From assembly GCA_977862235.1 (NCBI GenBank), contig OZ374565.1, forward strand, positions 930,001 to 994,000: a stretch of DNA of 64,000 bases, read 5' to 3'. Shown here piece by piece: positions 57,280 to 64,000 of the stretch. The stretch's first letter is position 1. Each line of letters starts with the position of its first letter. The notes below the pieces were generated by a model. The model ran no database searches. It saw only the letters and a program-made list of their open reading frames with translations, and was not told the DNA's origin. The translations under genes and the position numbers were made by a program. The stretch comes from Dudresnaya verticillata (lineage: Eukaryota).

Positions 57280-60200
57280 ACCAACACGGGCTTTGCCGGA
57301 CTGTCAGTCCGCCACCATTACGGAGTACCCCCTTGATTTTGTTCCAGAAATCCCCCTTGAATTTCCACCACCCGGTGATTCTGTCTGTGTTCTACAGCGG
57401 CATAATTATAAAATCCAGATTACCGTGGGAAGGAGTAATGACCTCATGTTACCTCTCATCACCGTATCGGATTCTGGTGCTGGGCCAAATCTCATTAACG
57501 CCAGACGGCTTCCACGCCACTGGTTGTCCTTGATTCGCCCCGCTGCCAGTCCACCTCTACGGGATGCGTCCAATAGGTCGATACGCCCGCTTGGTGTCAT
57601 TCAACTTTTTGTCCGTATCGGAGAATTGCGTACTCGAGTCCACTTCCTGGTGGTCGCGAACCTCGCTGCTCCGTGTATTCTGGGAACCAGTTTCATTGAT
57701 CGCCATGTCAAGGCGATCCTCCCACCGGCACGGAAAGTTGTTTTTCATCACCACTCTCCGGTCTCACTAATGGGAAAAACCAGACACTCCAAAACGGTGG
57801 CTGCTTCTACCCTTCAGGGCCCACCTGTTTCATCCGCTTCGGTATCGCAAAAGCTCCGACTAGCGAAATCCCTTATTATTCCCCCTATGACCCAATCCCT
57901 TGCATTGGTCACCACTCCTACCGGTGGTTTGTGTTTTCTTCAAAACCATCCCAAACCGATCCATAAGCACCTCACCCTTATGGCTAACGGGGTTATGGAT
58001 GTAATCCCTAACAAACCCTTTAAGGTGTGGCTGACTAATTTTTCCCCCCAACCGGTGCGGCTCCCCAAGTCTACCGTCGTGGGCCTCGCTACTGCTGCTC
58101 CCTCTGCCATACTCACCGTTAACGGTGTACCTCCATTTAAGGAGGGGGGAGGATATATTAATTCCTTTCCTATTCCTCCTAATGAAAGCAGCAAGGCTAC
58201 ACCCCAAGATGGATTCAAAGGAAACACCGCATCGGAATCAACTACAACCCCTAACACCGATTGGAAAGATAACATCCATATTGGTGCCAAGGATGAAAAA
58301 CTCCGCGCTAAGGTGGTTACACTCCTCGAGGAGTTCAGCACTATGTGAAACGGAGAGTTAGGAAATATAACTGCCGCGAAACACCGTATTGAATTAATGC
58401 CTGGTGCCAAACCTGTGTATCAAGCACCATATCGGGCAGGATATAAACAGCGCGAGCTGGAGAAGGCAGAAGTGGATCGTATGTTGTCCGATAAGGTGAT
58501 CGAGCCATCCGCTTCGGAGTGGGCCAGCCCTGTGGTCTTTGTTCCTAAAAAGGACGGCCCCATGCGGTTTTGTGTCGATTACAGGCGTCTTAACGCTGTC
58601 ACCGTTCGGGATTCATACCCTTTACCCCGGATGGATGAATGTATCGACTCCCTTGGAGAAGCTACAGTATTCACCACTCTGGATTGTAACAGTGGCTACT
58701 GGCAAGTAGAGATCCCCGAGGAGGAGCGTGACAAAACTACCTTCACCAGTCATTATGGATTATACCGCTTCCGGAGAATGCCTTTTGGGCTCAAAAACGC
58801 ACCGGCTACTTTCCAACGGGCGGTTGACATCATCCTATCTACGGTGAAATGGCAATTTGCCTTAGTCTACCTGGATGATGTGATTGTATATTCTAACACC
58901 GTCACGGAGCATTTCGAACACCTTAAGGAGGTACTCACGCTACTCCGTTCCGCAGGTGTAACGCTGAAATTATCATAGTGTGCCTTCTTCGACACTTCCG
59001 TACAGTATCTGGGCCACATAGTGCGCCCGGGCCAACTGGAAGTGGAACGGAAGAATATTCTCGCCGTTAAGGAGGCTAAGCCACCTACAAACCAAACGGA
59101 GTTGCGCTCTTTTCTAGGGTTATGTAACGTCTATCGACGCTTCGTTCCTAATTTCGCACCCATTGCTTCGCCACTCAATAAGAAAACCGGCAAGGGTCTG
59201 GTATTCGAGTTTGGAACTCTCACCGAAACGGAGTTTAACGCCTTTGAGGAGTTAAAGAGACGCCTAATCTCCCGTCCAATATTGGCTTTACCCCGTCATG
59301 GTTTCAAGTATACGTTGGATACCGACGCTTGTGATTACCAAGTTGGGTGTGTCCTTCTCCAGGAGCAACCTAGTGGAGATAGTCTACCAGTGGGTTACTG
59401 GAGCCGAAGCCTAACCGATGCGGAGAAGAATTACACAACCACTGAAAAGGAGTGCCTCGCTGTAGTTTGGAGTATGCTAACGCTACGCCCCTACCTTTAC
59501 GGTGAAAAGTTTATACTCCGTACGGATCACGACGCATTACGCTGGATATTGAGTTTAGCCGATGCGTCTGGACGCTTAGCAAGATGGCGCCTACGCCTAT
59601 CGGAATTTGAGTTCGAAGTACAATACCGCCCTGGTATCAAGCACCAACTCGCAGACGGTATGTCAAGAATCCGAACAGGTGGTGCTGACAAAGCTGAACT
59701 GGACGAAGAAGTGCCTTGCTTCATTATGGAATCGACTCCTAATGGTGTAGTGCAACATGGTGTGCGACTAACCAATTGGAAACAGACTCAGCAGCCTGAT
59801 GCCGCAAGCAGCCTTGTCCTAGGCGTTGAAAGCGGAGACACCGAAACGGATACTACGCCTGAAAAGGATACAGTGCCACCCACTCCACTCCGGCAAACGG
59901 TCATCCAACAAGATGATATGCGCAATGAGACCCTTACCCGTGAGGAGTTCATAGCCGCCCAAGCAACAGATACATTCTGCAAGCTTAAAGCCGAATCGAT
60001 GGGATCCCCTGGATCGCAATGTGACTACGACCGACATGGGTTTCTTGTACGCAAGTCTGCCCTCGACGGCGCACTCCAAAAGGTGGTACCGCAACAGATG
60101 CGCGGCAGGGTCCTGTATCTTGCCCACTACACCTTGATGTCGGGACACCCTGGTGGAATTAAGATGTACTACACCTTACGGAGAGACTACTATTGGCCAC

Positions 60201-61618
60201 ATATGGCTAACGATGTATTCGAGACCGTTCGGAGTTGCCGCTCATGTGTCAAAACCAGAGGCTCGCGGTTTAAGCATCAGAAGTTCATGAAGCTATTTCC
60301 CGCGAGTGGCCCACTGGAGTTTGTCGCTACGGACATACTAGGCCCGCTGCCGAAAACCAAACGGGGATACGTCTTTGTACTGTTCATCACCGATCGGTTT
60401 TCTAAACTAATACGGTGCATTCCGTTACGGACGATTACAGCCGTCGTGGTGGCGAACGCATTTTTAGACCATTGGATGTATGCGTATGGCGCACCTAAAT
60501 TTGTACTCACCGACAATGGAAGACAGTTTACGGCGAAGTTCTTCGACGCTGTCTGTGCCCTACTCGGATTGCGGCATTTGCTGACCGCTGCCTACCACCC
60601 GCAAACCAACGGGCAAGCCGAACGGTTTAACAAAACCATAGCGCAGCGCCTCCGACACTACGTCGAGGATCACCACACCGATTGGGATTTATACCTACAG
60701 CCGTTGACCTACTCCTATAATATGCAGGTACACCGGATTACCGATACTACTCCCTTTGACCTGGTGTTAACTCGACACCTATCGGATGTTATTGTGCGTG
60801 GCACCCCTGTGGAGTTGGAAGAAACCGTTACGGAGGGGCGAATGACGCCCGTACTCCAAAAACGGGGAACCATGCGGCGTTTGCGTTATGCCCTACAGAA
60901 GGCGCAGACCAAACAGATTACAGCCCAGTTGAAGTCCAAGGCCCTATTCGACCGTAAGGTACGCTTCCGACCGGTGGTTCGCGGTGGCGATCAAGTCTGC
61001 GTAGATCGCCCGCCGCGTAATCTACGACCCACCGAGCGGAAGGAACGCGACCGATTGGGTCAAGGCCCTGACCACATCGGTGAATTTGCGGAGCAAATGA
61101 AAAAGCTCCTCCCAAGGTCGACGGGCCCCTACGAGGTGCACACCGCAACGGATACTGTAGTCACTATCAAGAAGGATGGCGTCCTGATTCCCATCAGCAT
61201 CGATCGCATCACTAAGTTACCAATTGGCGTTCCCGTGCAACCGGCGCCGCTATTGGCCCCGCCGGTTACGCCACACGCCGACATGGACGGTACAGTATCC
61301 CAGCAGGCGGGAGGCACCACAGTAGTACCCCAAACACCAGGTGGAATTACTGTAACGCCCCAAACGCCAGGCGGTACTTCTGCCCCCGTGCCGGAAACAA
61401 TTGATGCCGACACGGAGTATGTCATCGAGCAGATAGTGGGACACCGCGAAGAACCCACAGGCATGACCTACAAGGTGCGTTGGTAGGGCTACCCACCAGA
61501 CCAAGACACGTATGAACCCGCTGAGGAGTTGCCGCAAAACTTCATACACCGCTATTGGAATAGAAAGCGCACGGCAGCAGCTGCAGCTCGACGTTGCAGA
61601 GCTCCCGCACGTCGATAG
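57224..61618 (+). pseudogene. pol: pol of element B: protease, RT, RNase H, integrase, chromodomain (three in-frame stops)
   Basis: DSGAGPNLI; LDCNSGYWQV, MPFGLKNAPATFQR, YLDD; TDACDYQVG; H..GHPG..C..C plus DDE core; YKVRW*GYPPDQDTYEP. Premature stops end at 58348, 58978 and 61486. Confidence 0.93.
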
Positions 61619-61976
61619 CCAGTCGCTACTCACCCACGCAGTAGGGGTTTTGGAAAAATCGGGCATGACCCGTGGACTCCGTGTTCACAGAACCCTTGCT
61701 CAAGGGGCTCTACTCCCTATTGGTGACTTGGCGTTGATACAAAATGGGCATGACCTCTGGACTCTGGAACCACAGAACCCTTGCCCAAGAGGCTCTACTC
61801 CATATTGGTGAATCGCCGGCGAGCGAGCAACCACTTCTGGTGTGAGATGGTCGTCAACCGGCCGCAAAGCCTTGTGTGGGGTAGGGTAGCCTCTCCACTT
61901 CAAGACTCACTCCACAGTGGTGTTATTCCACTTCCCCTCCGCCAGCGGAAGGGGGGCTCACATAAATCACAAGATT

Positions 61977-64000
61977 TTATTGACAAGTGGCATTTCTACG
62001 CTTACACCGCATCTCGCGGGGACGCTTCGCTGGCGGCGCCAGGTTGGCCTCCGTATCTTCCTCTTTGGCCGTACTCTCCTCCAAGTCGGGAATATCCTCA
62101 CCATATACCCTTGCGGTAATCATGGTGAGTCTCCTGCCGGTGTCTGCCATGCGTCGACGCAAAGCGCGAATGGTACGCCTTAGGCGCGCCAGGCGCCCGA
62201 CCCACAGCACGGCGGTGTTAATGGCTTCGTTCTCCGACGCTGGAAGGGGCATGCCCGCGTCTCTACACCCCTTGCGGAGTCGCTGCAGGGCAGCCCCATC
62301 TACGCGCAACTCCGCTTCGGTCCAACTCGGCATCTCCCTCGGGGCATTCTCCTCTTGTTTCACCACCACGAGGTCGATATGATGGGGTGGCCCTCCACCT
62401 GGACCCGCAGCAGCCACAAACGTCACGGAGTCACTCGACGCGGGCGACACCGGCTTGGCAACTTCACCCCGCTTCGGTGTAGTGGTCTTCACTGCTACTC
62501 CAGGCCGTGTGGTCGCGAGTTCCTCCACTTGGTCGGTCCCCACTGGTGTAGCGTCCTCTTCCATCTCGCAGTCGTCGTGCTCCCCGACAGGACCGAACTT
62601 AGCCGCGGTTGCCGCCACTATCGTGGGTTTCCCTACCGCTACGGTATTCGCCGCCTTGTCCAACTTGGTGTTCGCGTTGACCCCCGGCGAGACAGCCGGT
62701 TTCGAAGCCCCGATTGGTGTAGATGCTGCGGCCACCCCCGACAAACCCCCCTGCGCCTCGATCTCCGCTCCTACAGGAGGAGACTCCGTTACGGTCTTCT
62801 TGGGTGACGAAGTCGTGCGGTCGCCCCACACCTTTATGGCTTCTCCACCAGGGGATTCTCTTGGCACAAGGACCCTTGGGTCCCCGCGCCCCTTCTCAAT
62901 CTCGTCAACCCCCACCTGTGTAATCTCGTCTGCAGACGGACTGTCGAGGCGTCCCTGTGGATACGGCACACCGGATGGAGTACCCCACTCACGTGATGGC
63001 GGAGCCCTCGATGGCCCCTCCGTCATGGGGTAGAACCTGGAGCGGGCGCGCATCGCGTGCCAGTTTGACATCTTCTCGTCGATCAACTACGCCGGCTCGG
63101 GGTCTTCTTCCGATAGGAAATACGCCATACCACACCCGGAGTTTTGCGGTGGCACCGACAACACGCGGTCGTCATTCCAATGATAACCGATTAACCCTGG
63201 CGTTCGCTCCCAATTGGTGTCTGCGTGAACCGTGAGGAGGCGTTCCACACGCGCCAAGGGGTATTCGGTCCCCTCAACCAACCGGTCTACTCCAACTTGG
63301 TGTATAAGGGTAACCACCGGCCCTGGTAGCTTGAATATGCGCCCGCACTCGCCACCTTCCGGATCCGTTCTGCTCCGCGGGTACGCCCTCCAGTCGGTCA
63401 TCTTGGTATTGGCTCTTACACCCCTGTAGGTGACCTGTAGCCAGGAGAAGAGGACTAACATGGCCCATTCCGCTTGGAGTATCCGACCCAACACCGTCAT
63501 CAGCGGATGGTCGATTGACTTCTCTCCGCCTGGGTGTGCAGCTTGCCAGTCGCGATGCTGAATGAACCGGTTGGAGAAGTACGCCACCACCGTCGGCGTT
63601 GGCACTGACAACCAACGGGTGACTTCATACTCAGCCCACCAATCCGGAGCGGTGCAGTACAAGCGACGGTGCGCTCCCGGCGGCACCTGAAAGAATTCGT
63701 TGGTGCTCCAAGTGTGGAGTATCGCCCTTCCGAGACGGCGTCCATCTCTACTCCGCAACCGGAGTCGATGCTCTTTCGCTGCATCGTCGGCCCACCGTCG
63801 CGGATTCGCAAACCAGTGAACCCCTTGGTCATACGGCTTCTCGTAGCACAGGAACTCGACACCAACCGGATGCTCTCTCAGTCGATGAGCCATGGCCAAC
63901 AAGCGGCACACCTTATCGGGATAGCCTTCTTCTTCCTGACACCTCAGCCACACGATGTCACACCCGGTTGGAGTTCGCACTCTGCAGTTTGAGTGAATCC
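61977..64000 (-). pseudogene. Antisense accessory ORF of element B (start beyond the window; in-frame TAG at 63087-89)
   Basis: ORFs 63087..63980 and 61977..63086 are in one frame, which is open to the window edge; shares motifs with 47592..49898. Confidence 0.75.

Larger units (their letters stand above)
53852..64000 (+). mobile_element. Ty3/Gypsy LTR retrotransposon B (chromodomain integrase, antisense accessory ORF), runs off the window
   Basis: 5' LTR candidate, then gag and PR-RT-RH-INT-chromodomain in Gypsy order, then a long minus-strand ORF. Confidence 0.93.

Noticed and set aside
47592..63089. Stop-codon reassignment or readthrough, suggested by many in-frame TAG codons
   Set aside because: TGA, TAA and frameshifts also interrupt the elements, and host genes end in TAG normally. 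Ordinary decay explains it.

Overview
Eukaryotic nuclear DNA, most likely a florideophyte red alga. This is an inference from compact intron-free genes, an MxAFV-type plastid transit peptide and a gene island abutting a nested LTR block. Bases 1-45 kb hold ten probable genes: a secreted S41 peptidase (with a decayed tandem paralogue), a plastid PhyH-type 2OG-Fe(II) dioxygenase, a secreted metzincin with four CxxG[YF]VWR repeats, a NOT3/5 subunit, a HET-like membrane protein, a GT61 glycosyltransferase, an RFTS+bromodomain+CFP1-like chromatin protein, a Ser-rich orphan, a frameshifted SR-type RRM protein and a PAM2 protein. Microsatellites, hairpins, a fold-back MITE-like element and a CRE-like LINE relic lie between them. 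Bases 46-64 kb are nested LTR retroelements: several related LTRs (one solo LTR with a GCTAC TSD), a Copia fragment and a decaying Ty3/Gypsy element with a chromodomain integrase. Top finding: two different LTR elements each carry a long antisense ORF in their 3' region, and these share an unrecognised Trp-rich domain. The Gypsy gag-pol junction also shows a slippery site followed by a predicted pseudoknot. All calls were made by eye, without database searches.
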